Shown here one piece after another: positions 1-8,336 of a stretch of DNA of 64,000 nucleotides. The notes beneath the pieces are model-generated. The model ran no database searches. It was given only the letters and a program-made list of their open reading frames with translations, and was not told where the DNA came from. A program made the position numbers and the translations under genes. How positions within the stretch are numbered: position 1 is the stretch's first letter; the number at the start of each line of letters is the position of its first letter. Location: positions 96,001 to 160,000 of the forward strand of contig CBDCCZ010000060.1 of assembly GCA_965215005.1 (NCBI GenBank), written 5' to 3'. This DNA comes from Kofleriaceae bacterium (GTDB lineage Bacteria; Myxococcota_A; Polyangia; Haliangiales; Haliangiaceae).

Positions 1-81
1 CGTGCGGAGTTCGACGCTCGCTTCACGGCGGTGCACGATGCGTTTCACGATCTTACCGAAGCTCTCGGCGAGGCGCACTGA
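1..81 (+). CDS. 3' end of an unidentified CDS (partial)
   Basis: Frame 1 reads RAEFDARFTAVHDAFHDLTEALGEAH then TGA at 79-81; high-GC codon usage; followed by a repeat element. Confidence 0.5.
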   Translation, partial: RAEFDARFTAVHDAFHDLTEALGEAH

Positions 82-90
82 GCGGCTCGT

Positions 91-237
91 GGTTCACGGC
101 AGAAGTGGTGAACCGCTAGAAAGCAGCGATCGATGAGGGAGACGCCGAAAGCGGGGCATGAGCAGCATCTCTCGCCCGCCCTCGCCGCCGAAGGGGCGGG
201 CGACAAACGCGTCACGACTCTTGCGGCGGCGTGCTAA
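91..237. repeat. Structured intergenic repeat, copy A (diverged)
   Basis: GGTTCACGGCAGAAGTGGTGAACCGCTAGAAAGCAGCGATCG..GGGAGACGCCGAAAG..GCGGCGGCGTGCTAA aligns by eye with 19270-19418 and with the reverse complement of 12868-13022. Confidence 0.8.
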
Positions 238-266
238 GTCGCGCAGCGTACGCGGCAAAGGCTTGC

Positions 267-893
267 ATGGACCATCTGCGCGAAGAGTATCGCGGCACAC
301 CGCTCGTCGAAGACGGCGTTGCCGCTGATCCCATTGAGCAGTTCCGTCGTTGGTTTGGCGACGCTGCATCGTCGGTCCGGCTGGCCAACGCGATGACTCT
401 CGCCACGGTCGATGCCGACGGGCGTGTATCGGCCAGAGTCGTGCTGCTCAAGAGCTACGATGAGCGCGGCTTCGTTTTCTACACCAACTACGACAGCCGC
501 AAGGGGCGGGCGATCGCGCATCATCCGGCGGTCGCGCTGTGCTTCTTTTGGCCCGAGCTCGACCGCCAGATACGTATCGAGGGAGACGCCGAGCGCGTCG
601 CGACTGCCGAGTCCGACCAATATTTCGGCAGCCGACCCGTAACCAGCAACGTCAGCGCGATCGCTTCGCAGCAGAGCCGCGTGGTGGCCAGCCGCAACGA
701 GCTCGAAGAACGGGTGGCGGCTCTTACCCGCGAGCTTGGCGATGCGGAGCCGCAGCGGCCGGAGCACTGGGGCGGCTATCGCGTCGTGCCGGTCTCCATT
801 GAGCTGTGGCAGGGGCGACAGGATCGGCTGCATGACCGGCTGCGCTACCTTCGCGTTAGCGACGGCTGGCGCATCGAGCGATTGGCTCCCTGA
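267..893 (+). CDS. pdxH: Pyridoxine/pyridoxamine 5'-phosphate oxidase
   Basis: LREEY N-terminus, AMTLAT, ARVVLLK, FYTNYDSRKG, WGGYR, ELWQGR..RLHDR, ERLAP C-terminus. Confidence 0.96.
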   Translation: MDHLREEYRGTPLVEDGVAADPIEQFRRWFGDAASSVRLANAMTLATVDADGRVSARVVLLKSYDERGFVFYTNYDSRKGRAIAHHPAVALCFFWPELDRQIRIEGDAERVATAESDQYFGSRPVTSNVSAIASQQSRVVASRNELEERVAALTRELGDAEPQRPEHWGGYRVVPVSIELWQGRQDRLHDRLRYLRVSDGWRIERLAP

Positions 894-907
894 AGAAACT
901 GCGGTTG

Positions 908-1054
908 TTAATTTAGAGTGGGGAGGCGTCGCTGCCGGCGCTTTTCGTCGGCTCGCCGCTCGAGTGGCTGCAGCACGCCCACCTGAAACAGCACGATCAT
1001 CGTCCCGACGGTGTATTCCGCAATCGTACTGGGAACTTTCCAAAGCTTCGTCAT
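908..1054 (-). CDS. Small 48-aa hypothetical protein
   Basis: GGAGAG Shine-Dalgarno 6 nt before ATG; MTKLWKVPSTIAEYTVGTMIVLFQVGVLQPLERRADEKRRQRRLPTLN; fills the gap between pdxH and the phosphoesterase. Confidence 0.5.
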   Translation of the reverse strand: MTKLWKVPSTIAEYTVGTMIVLFQVGVLQPLERRADEKRRQRRLPTLN

Positions 1055-1259
1055 TGTGTTCTCTCCGCCAAAAAACCAACCCGCCCGATGACGCGATTCT
1101 GCCCCTACCTGCTGGCATTCTGCACAGTCGTGGGGGAGGCGCAAATCGAATTCGTCTGTGGTTTGGTGGCGTGTGAGACTAACTACGCGTCTGTGACGCG
1201 ATAGCAGAGCTCCCGACGCATTGCGTTGTGGAAAGCTGCACTAGCGATAGCAAACGTCG

Positions 1260-2768
1260 TTACGAGACCAGCGTATCCACGCGCCGCGCGCCGTCCCGTT
1301 CTTCCTCTTCCAGCAGCACCACTGGAACCGCTTCTTCCCGTCCGGGACTCCAGTGGAGCAGCTCTCCGGTAGTGCCGCGAATGTGCAGAAACGTGTACTG
1401 GACGCGTTCGCGTGGCAGGAGCTCGTCGTGAGTGAACACGGCGATCCAGGTGCCGGTATTGAAGTACCAGCCCGCTGCGCGCTCGGGTCCCCGCAACCGG
1501 CAGATGAGCTCGTCGTGGCTGTGACCGAAGGTGACGATGGGCACGGCAAGAAGCTCAGCGATACGCTGCGCAGCGCGTCGAGGCGGCTTGGATGCGGGCG
1601 CGGGAGGCGGCCGCAGCAGTGCCCAGCCGGCACCCGCGAACGCCGTAAGCAGCAGCAGGAAGTTGAGCATCAAAAACAGCAGCGCCTTGAGCGTGAAGCC
1701 GCTATCGAGCGTGTTGATGGCGTAGAAGCCGGTGAACCAGAGAGTCGCTGCGAGCACGGCGACGAGCAAACCGAAGCCGACGACTTTACCGATTTGCAAC
1801 ATGACGCCACGCGTTACGATGGCGGCATTGCCGCGCACGTGCTTGAGCTCATCGATCTGCCACAGCGCTTCGTCGAGCTCATTCGCGGCCGCTAGCTCGG
1901 CCATATTGGTCCGATGCGCCTGCGCCAGTACCTCGGTGTTGCTGGTGGACTTCGCAAGCCGGCGGAGAACTTGGAAGAAGAACGGCAGCTGTCCCGTGGC
2001 CACGCGTGCAAGCAGGCGCGGCTTGTTCAATAGGAGCCAGCGGAAGTAGCGCAGGTTGGAGCGCGAGCTGGGCACGATGAACGTGATGTTGCCGAAGTCG
2101 TTGTAGAGGTAGCGCTGAAAGAACGTTCCCATCGGCAGATCCCGTTCGAGCTGATCGCTACATCCGGGATGGTCGACGATGCGGCCGCGAAGATAGTACT
2201 GAAACGAGTTCTCGACGTCGTATTGACAGCCGTGCTCGATCCACACTCGCCCGGGCTCGTAGTGAAACCAGTCCTCGAAGATCATTCGGTCGAGGACGCT
2301 CTGCGCTGCTGGCGCGAGCTGGCGAGCTTTCTCGGCAATCGCGCCGGCGATAACCTCCCGCACTGGTTGCCACTGTACTTCCTGGTCGTGGTTGCCAGGA
2401 GTCATCACGACTGTATGGCCCGCCACAAGCAGTCTCGCGAGTCCCCGTACGAACCGTGGATGGCCAGCCAGAATTTCAGCCACTAGGTGAGCGGCATGCG
2501 GTGGGTCGAGCAGCGGACCATAGCGGCGATCGCGCGCCGAGGCACCAGGATCCGGTGGGTCGGGCTCGATGCGAAGCAGGTCGAAGGTGTCCCCGTTGAG
2601 GACGAGCTTTACAGTGACGCCCTGGCGCTCGGCTTCGGTGCAGAGCCAGCGGCAGAAGTGTTCGAAGTCCTCGTCATAGAAGAACGCCTCGAGCCGCGCA
2701 TACCGGCCCGTTGCCGGGTTCTTACCGCGGCCGAGATGAAGGTCGCTTACAACGACGATGTCGTGCAC
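1260..2768 (-). CDS. Calcineurin-like metallophosphoesterase with two internal transmembrane helices
   Basis: Motifs SDLH, NGDTFD, PGNHD, EHG, FGHSH, YFNTGTW; hydrophobic hairpin before the last motif. Confidence 0.85.
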   Translation of the reverse strand: MHDIVVVSDLHLGRGKNPATGRYARLEAFFYDEDFEHFCRWLCTEAERQGVTVKLVLNGDTFDLLRIEPDPPDPGASARDRRYGPLLDPPHAAHLVAEILAGHPRFVRGLARLLVAGHTVVMTPGNHDQEVQWQPVREVIAGAIAEKARQLAPAAQSVLDRMIFEDWFHYEPGRVWIEHGCQYDVENSFQYYLRGRIVDHPGCSDQLERDLPMGTFFQRYLYNDFGNITFIVPSSRSNLRYFRWLLLNKPRLLARVATGQLPFFFQVLRRLAKSTSNTEVLAQAHRTNMAELAAANELDEALWQIDELKHVRGNAAIVTRGVMLQIGKVVGFGLLVAVLAATLWFTGFYAINTLDSGFTLKALLFLMLNFLLLLTAFAGAGWALLRPPPAPASKPPRRAAQRIAELLAVPIVTFGHSHDELICRLRGPERAAGWYFNTGTWIAVFTHDELLPRERVQYTFLHIRGTTGELLHWSPGREEAVPVVLLEEEERDGARRVDTLVS

Positions 2769-2855
2769 GTAGAAAGGAGAATGGTACCAGGCGATGAGTG
2801 AAAAGTTGCAAGCAGACGCAGCACTGCGCGACTTCTGCGATGGTACCCTCAGCGA

Positions 2856-3593
2856 GTGACTGCCGACGAGCTACGGGAAGCGCTTCTCGAGGTGATGGAA
2901 GGCAAGGATCACTGGGCGTGGCCGCTGTTCACCGCTGGAAACGTAGCGGCCGATCGCTTGCACATACATTTCGAGCAAGAGTACGAGACGTACGTGCGCG
3001 ACTTCCCGGTTTTCTTGGGCTGGGCGTATGTGCAATGTCCCGTGCCGGAGGTGCGTCGCGAGCTAGCTGAGAATCTCTACGAAGAAGAGACCGGCGGATT
3101 GGTGGCTGGACGGCCGCACCCCGAGCTGTTTCTAGAGTATCCGCGGGGGCTCGGGATGGACCTGGCCCGCTTCAAGCAAGTGGTGCTGTTGCCGGCGGCT
3201 CGCGACTACCGCGCGGTGTTAGACGACTGCGTGCAAAATCGCGGCTGGGAAGTGGCGGCAGCGGTCGCAACGCTCTTCATCGAAGGCACCAAGTTCGAGC
3301 GTGGAGAGATTGACCCGGCCGCGAGTAAGCGACCAACTCCGCCGCTGGAAGAGCATCCGTTGGTGCGCCACTACGGCTTGCCGCTCGGGCATCTGGCGCT
3401 CACGAAGGCGCATCGTCAGGTCGAAGGGGACCATCGCGCGGCGGCGTGGCGAATCCTTCTCGATCACGTGAGCGAGCCGGCGCGACCGCAGGTGGTTTCC
3501 GCAATGCGAGAAGCGCGCGAGGCGTGGAAGCGCTATCGCGACGACGTGGCCGCGGCCTGCGCGCTGACGCGGGCACAGGTTGCGCATCGCTGA
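2856..3593 (+). CDS. Heme-oxygenase-like diiron (PqqC/TenA/CADD-like) redox protein
   Basis: ENLYEEETG..HPELF and AHRQVEGDH metal-ligand pattern; all-helical, 245 aa. Confidence 0.8.
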   Translation: MTADELREALLEVMEGKDHWAWPLFTAGNVAADRLHIHFEQEYETYVRDFPVFLGWAYVQCPVPEVRRELAENLYEEETGGLVAGRPHPELFLEYPRGLGMDLARFKQVVLLPAARDYRAVLDDCVQNRGWEVAAAVATLFIEGTKFERGEIDPAASKRPTPPLEEHPLVRHYGLPLGHLALTKAHRQVEGDHRAAAWRILLDHVSEPARPQVVSAMREAREAWKRYRDDVAAACALTRAQVAHR

Positions 3594-3626
3594 TAGCGAG
3601 GCGTCGTCGACCGTCAGGAGCTGGCA

Positions 3627-4340
3627 GTGAGCCCTGCCCGCCATCGCGGGCGTCACCCCGGCGATGAGGTGCTTTTCAGTCCCGCGCGCGTCGATGACTT
3701 GCGCGCAGCGACGAGCGATCTGTCTTGGCTCCTGGAGCGCAAGTACTCGCCGGTCGCCGCGCTGAAGCTGGTAGGAGATCGGTTGACGCTTCGCGAGCGC
3801 CAGCGCAAGGCCGTGCTGCGCGCCGCCTGCGCCGCGACCGCTGAGCGCGACCGTCGCGAGCGGCGTGTCGGCTTTGCCGAGCTGAGCGGATGCGAGCTGG
3901 CGATTGATGGTTTCAACGTGATCGTCGCGGTCGAAGCCGCGCTTTGCGGTGGGGTCGTCGTGATCGGCCGTGATGGCGTGTGTCGCGATATGTCTAGCGT
4001 GCACGGTAGCTATCGCCGAATCGAAGAGACTGAACGTGCGGCGGAGCTCGTGGGAGAGGCGTTGGCCGCCGCGGGGCCGACCGCGGTGCGGTGGTATCTC
4101 GACCAGCCCGTCTCCAACAGCGGCCGCCTCAAGGCGCTGCTCGCTAGCGTCGCCAACGCGCGCGGATGGCATTGGGACGTGCGAGTGGTCGCGAGCCCGG
4201 ATCGAGCTCTCGTGGAAGAGGCGCGCGCGGTGGTGGCCACCGGGGACGCATGGATTCTCGATCACTGCGCGCGCTGGATTGATCTGGCCGGGCAGGTGAT
4301 CGCAACGCTTCCCGCGGTTTGGCTCGTTGAGCTCAGGTAG
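3627..4340 (+). CDS. DUF434/DUF5616-type protein
   Basis: DLSWLLERKY..ALKLVGDR, IDGFNV..EAAL, DG..RD, YLDQPVSNSG, VATGD pattern typical of this family. Confidence 0.8.
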   Translation: MSPARHRGRHPGDEVLFSPARVDDLRAATSDLSWLLERKYSPVAALKLVGDRLTLRERQRKAVLRAACAATAERDRRERRVGFAELSGCELAIDGFNVIVAVEAALCGGVVVIGRDGVCRDMSSVHGSYRRIEETERAAELVGEALAAAGPTAVRWYLDQPVSNSGRLKALLASVANARGWHWDVRVVASPDRALVEEARAVVATGDAWILDHCARWIDLAGQVIATLPAVWLVELR

Positions 4341-4539
4341 CTTCTTTTCGTGCTGATGGCTCGGCTATTGCTCGTGTTGCGCAGTGCAGCAACCGTGTTG
4401 CCGCCTGCATGAGTAACGGACTATTGGCCCCGCTTGCGCACGACTGGTTGCACAGACTCCGTCACGGGCGACGCTGTAGGTTTCGCGTCACCTTCGTGCG
4501 TTATTCAACACTTAAAGGGACGGCGCACAGGCTCGGCGT

Positions 4540-4555
4540 TGGACGTCTGCTTGCA
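4540..4555 (+). promoter_or_regulatory. Putative sigma-54 (-24/-12) promoter of the GH25 gene
   Basis: TGGACG-TCTGC-TTGCA, GG-N10-GC spacing, about 40 nt upstream of the start. Confidence 0.55.
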
Positions 4556-4593
4556 CAGGGGGAGCGCGAACTCGAACCAAGCGAGGAACCCTA

Positions 4594-5868
4594 GTGAGCA
4601 CTGCGATTCGTATTGCCTTTGTTGCCAGCTTCGCCGCTCTTGCGAGCGGCTGCGTCATGGAAGAAGAGCCACAGCCCGACGATGCCGAGCTCGGGGAGAG
4701 CTACGCGCAGGGGCGGGTCTGCGGCCGCGGCCCCACGGTTCAAGGCGTGGATGTGTCGTATTACCAAGGGCGGGTGGATTGGGATCGCGTGGCAGGCGCG
4801 GGCATCGGTTTTGGATTTGCGCGGGTAAGCGACGGCACCAGGTTCATCGACCCTCGGTTTGGCGAGAACTGGCGCGGGATGAGGCGCGTTGGGATCCTGC
4901 GCGGGGCGTATCAGTTCTTCCGCCCGGGACAAGACGCGCGAGCTCAAGCGCGCATCATGACCGACGTGCTCGGCAAGTTGCGCGCTGGCGACTTGCCTGC
5001 GGTTCTAGACATCGAAACCGCAGATGGATACTCCAGCGCGAGCATTCGCGCGGGGATGCGGATTTGGCTGCGCGAGGTAGAAGCCGCGACCGGCAAGAAG
5101 CCCATCATCTATACCTCGTGGGGCTTTTGGAACAGCCTGTCGGGCATGTCTGAGTTTGGCGACTACCCGCTTTGGGTCGCTAACTACACCTCGCTCTGTC
5201 CGCTGGTGCCAACCCAAACCTGGAGCGGGTGGGATATGTGGCAGTACACGGACACTGGCCGGGTTCCTGGAGTTACTGGCAACACGGACCGCAACGTCTG
5301 GAACGGCACGCTCGATGAGCTAAAAGCGTTTGCCAACGCGCGCGATTTGGAGCCCATCGAGGTCTATTGGTCGCGGCAGGCAGATGGCAGCTATCATCTG
5401 CGTGCGTTGACGCCGCTGGGCGTGGCCCGGGTCGAATATTACGTGGATGGTTACCTCATCGGGCAAGCGAGTCGTGAGCAGGGTGAGAATTATCCCGCGG
5501 ACTACCGTTTCAACTCGAATGGCCTAGGCCGCTTCTTCGAAGTCGTCGGCTACGATGCGTCGAACGTGGTGGTCGCCCGTGGCATTGGCCAAATCGACGT
5601 TACGGCTGACACCGGCGTGTACATCAAGCAGATGGGGCGCGGCCTCTATGAGATTGGGCTCGAACGCGCACCGGATGCCGTGGGCGCCATCGAGGTCGCG
5701 GCCGACGGGATCGTTCTGACCGACGGCGTGAGCGGCAAGCGGCGCTCCACCCGTAAGGCAGTTCGCACCCGGTTCAACAGCCTGGGCGAGCGTGACTTCG
5801 CGATCTCCACCTACAACGCCGACGGCTCGCTGCGGGGCACGCTGCATCGCAGTTTTACTTTAGAGTAA
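4594..5868 (+). CDS. GH25 lysozyme (muramidase) lipoprotein with duplicated C-terminal beta domains
   Basis: Lipobox LASGC; GVDVSYYQG, GAYQFFRP, LDIE (DxE), LWVANY, WQYT; GAGGA SD before GTG. Confidence 0.9.
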   Translation: MSTAIRIAFVASFAALASGCVMEEEPQPDDAELGESYAQGRVCGRGPTVQGVDVSYYQGRVDWDRVAGAGIGFGFARVSDGTRFIDPRFGENWRGMRRVGILRGAYQFFRPGQDARAQARIMTDVLGKLRAGDLPAVLDIETADGYSSASIRAGMRIWLREVEAATGKKPIIYTSWGFWNSLSGMSEFGDYPLWVANYTSLCPLVPTQTWSGWDMWQYTDTGRVPGVTGNTDRNVWNGTLDELKAFANARDLEPIEVYWSRQADGSYHLRALTPLGVARVEYYVDGYLIGQASREQGENYPADYRFNSNGLGRFFEVVGYDASNVVVARGIGQIDVTADTGVYIKQMGRGLYEIGLERAPDAVGAIEVAADGIVLTDGVSGKRRSTRKAVRTRFNSLGERDFAISTYNADGSLRGTLHRSFTLE

Positions 5869-5887
5869 ATCGCGCTGCACCCTCTAA

Positions 5888-5963
5888 AGTGACCGCACTG
5901 TGCCCTTCGCGAGTCTCCGATTTGCGAAGGGCCTCGGCGCTTCCAATCTCAGTGGCGGTCACT
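5888..5963. repeat. Nested inverted repeat between convergent genes (palindromic element or bidirectional terminator)
   Basis: Outer arms AGTGACCGC-ACTG / CAGT-G-GCGGTCACT; inner arms GCCCTTCGCGA / TTGCGAAGGGC. Confidence 0.65.
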
Positions 5964-6936
5964 ACAGCGCGCCGCTGGTGATGCGGCGCAGCGTGTCTTC
6001 GTCGATGTTGCTGCCGGATAGGATCACGCCGACTCGCTTACCGGCCAGGCGATCGGCGAGCTTGCACAGCCCCGCGAGTCCTGCGGCGCCAGCGCCCTCC
6101 GCGAGGTTATGAGTGGTGCGCAAATACAGCCGTACGGCATCCGCGAGCTCGGCTTCGGTCACGGTGACGAAGTCGGTGAGGCCGATGCGCAACGCCTCGA
6201 ACGTCATGTCATAACTGCGACGCGTCGCGAGGCCGTCGGCGAAGGTGTCGGCATGGTCGTGGACGATGGCGCTGCCCGCGTGCCAGCTATCGTGAATCGC
6301 GGCGGCGCCGGCTGCCTGCACGCCATACACTGGCAGCTCGGGACAGCACTCGCGGACCACGGTGAGGGCCCCAACCGCCTGCGAACCACCGCCCACGGCG
6401 ACGACCATTGCCTCCATGCTCGGTTCTTGCTCGAGCATTTCGAGGGTGATGGTGGCCGCGCCGGCGATGATGCGCGCATCGTTGGTGGAGTGCACCATCG
6501 TGAGGCCGCGCTCAGCGACCAACTTCGCGGCAACGGCCAGCGATTCATCGTAATCGCGGCCAGCCTCGATCACCTCGGCGCCATAGCCGCGCATGGCCTC
6601 ATTCTTCTCGGGATTGTTTCCGTGGGGAACGCAGATCGTGACGTCGATGCCAAGTAGCTCGCCCGCCCACGCCAGCCCTAGGCCGTGATTGCCGCGGGTG
6701 GCGCCAATGATTCCCCGTGACTGCTCGTCATCGTCGAGCATGGTCATCGCCGCAAGCGCGTTGCGGACCTTGAAGGCATTGGTCGGCTGATGGTTCTCGT
6801 GCTTGACCAACACCGAGATGTCGTGGCCAACGGCGTCATCGAGCGGCGCATAGCGACGAAGCGGCGTTGGCGGTAGCTGCGGCTTGATGCGCTCGTGCGC
6901 GGCCAAGACGTCGGCGAAGGCAAGTGGCCAGTTCAT
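5962..6936 (-). CDS. PLP-dependent threonine/serine dehydratase family protein
   Basis: [16 protein letters not shown] (PLP Lys), [34 protein letters not shown]. Confidence 0.92.
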   Translation of the reverse strand: MNWPLAFADVLAAHERIKPQLPPTPLRRYAPLDDAVGHDISVLVKHENHQPTNAFKVRNALAAMTMLDDDEQSRGIIGATRGNHGLGLAWAGELLGIDVTICVPHGNNPEKNEAMRGYGAEVIEAGRDYDESLAVAAKLVAERGLTMVHSTNDARIIAGAATITLEMLEQEPSMEAMVVAVGGGSQAVGALTVVRECCPELPVYGVQAAGAAAIHDSWHAGSAIVHDHADTFADGLATRRSYDMTFEALRIGLTDFVTVTEAELADAVRLYLRTTHNLAEGAGAAGLAGLCKLADRLAGKRVGVILSGSNIDEDTLRRITSGAL

Positions 6937-7085
6937 CGCGAAACAGTACTCGATGGCGGTTTTGAGGGGGCGCGGGAAAAACCGCCTGCACCTCTTCAGG
7001 CCCGGCCGCAACAGCCGTTCTGCTGGTCATGGAGCAGGGGATGTGGGGATGCGGATCAGACCCGCTTGCTACTCATGGACGGACG

Positions 7086-8336
7086 ATGCGGCTCTTGCAC
7101 ACGTCTGACTGGCACCTGGGGCACACGCTTCACGATTTGCCGCGCGAGCTCGAGCACGCGCGGTTTCTCGCTTGGCTGCTCGATACGCTCGAGACCGAAG
7201 CGATCGATGCGCTGGTGGTCACCGGCGATATCTTCGACACCGCCAATCCGCCGGCGGCCGCGCAGCGAGCCTATTACGAGTTCCTTGCGGCGCTGCGCGC
7301 GCGCATGCCGGCGCTCGAGGTCGTCATCATCGGTGGCAACCATGACTCGGCGGCGCGGCTGGATGCGCCGCGGCCACTGCTAGCGGCGCAGCGTATTCAC
7401 GTGGTGGGTGGACTACCGCGTCTCGCTGGTGGCGCGCTCGATCTCGAGCGCATGATCGTGCCGCTGCGCGATGCCGCGGGTGAGGTGGCAGCGGTGGTGG
7501 CGGCGGTGCCGTTCTTGCGACCGGCAGACCTGCCGCGGGTGGGCGATGGTCCGACGGGCGACCCGCTGATCGAAGGAGTTCGCGCGGTGTATGCGGAGGT
7601 GATGGCGGCTGCCCGAGCCCGTGCGCCGCAGGTGCCACTCATCGTGACTGGCCACTGTTACATGGTGGGCACCGCGCTCTCGCAGCTGAGCGAGCGACGC
7701 ATTCTCGGCGGTCACCAGCACGCGTTGCCTGCCGATATCTTCGCAGATGACGTCAGCTACGCCGCGTTGGGTCATTTGCACAAGGCGCAGCGGGTAGGCC
7801 GTGAGCACGTGCGCTATGCTGGCTCGCCGATTCCGTTGGCCACCAGTGAGGCGCGCTATCGCCACCAGGTGCTCGTCGTCGAGCTGGCGGGCACAGGCCC
7901 GGCCGAAATTCGTTCCATCGAAGTGCCCCGCGCGATCGATATCGTACGCGTGCCTGCAAGCGGGGCAGCATCATTGCCCGAGGTGCGTGCGGCGCTCGCC
8001 GAGCTGCCGCGCGGCAACGGCCGCGATCCGTTGCTGCGGCCGTATCTCGAGGTCGAGGTGCGCCTCGAGCGACCTGAGCCGCGGTTGCGACAGCTGATCG
8101 AAGAGGCTCTGGAGGGTGCGTGGCCGCGGCTGGTCAAGCTCGCTGTTTGCTACACCGGCGATGGCCAAGGGCTGGGTGAGCGCTTCGTCGGTCGCGAGCT
8201 CAAAGAGCTCGATCCGGTGGAGGTGTTCGAGCGCCGTTATCGGCGCAGTCACCAAGGTGAGCCGCCGCCCCGGCTCCTCGAGGCGTTCTACGAGATGTTG
8301 GTGGTTGCTCAGGATGAGGAGCAGGTATGCGGTTAG
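7086..8336 (+). CDS. sbcD: Exonuclease SbcCD, nuclease subunit
   Basis: LHTSDWHLG, TGDIFD, GNHDS, TGH, LGHLH, YAGSP; overlaps the sbcC start. Confidence 0.95.
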   Translation: MRLLHTSDWHLGHTLHDLPRELEHARFLAWLLDTLETEAIDALVVTGDIFDTANPPAAAQRAYYEFLAALRARMPALEVVIIGGNHDSAARLDAPRPLLAAQRIHVVGGLPRLAGGALDLERMIVPLRDAAGEVAAVVAAVPFLRPADLPRVGDGPTGDPLIEGVRAVYAEVMAAARARAPQVPLIVTGHCYMVGTALSQLSERRILGGHQHALPADIFADDVSYAALGHLHKAQRVGREHVRYAGSPIPLATSEARYRHQVLVVELAGTGPAEIRSIEVPRAIDIVRVPASGAASLPEVRAALAELPRGNGRDPLLRPYLEVEVRLERPEPRLRQLIEEALEGAWPRLVKLAVCYTGDGQGLGERFVGRELKELDPVEVFERRYRRSHQGEPPPRLLEAFYEMLVVAQDEEQVCG

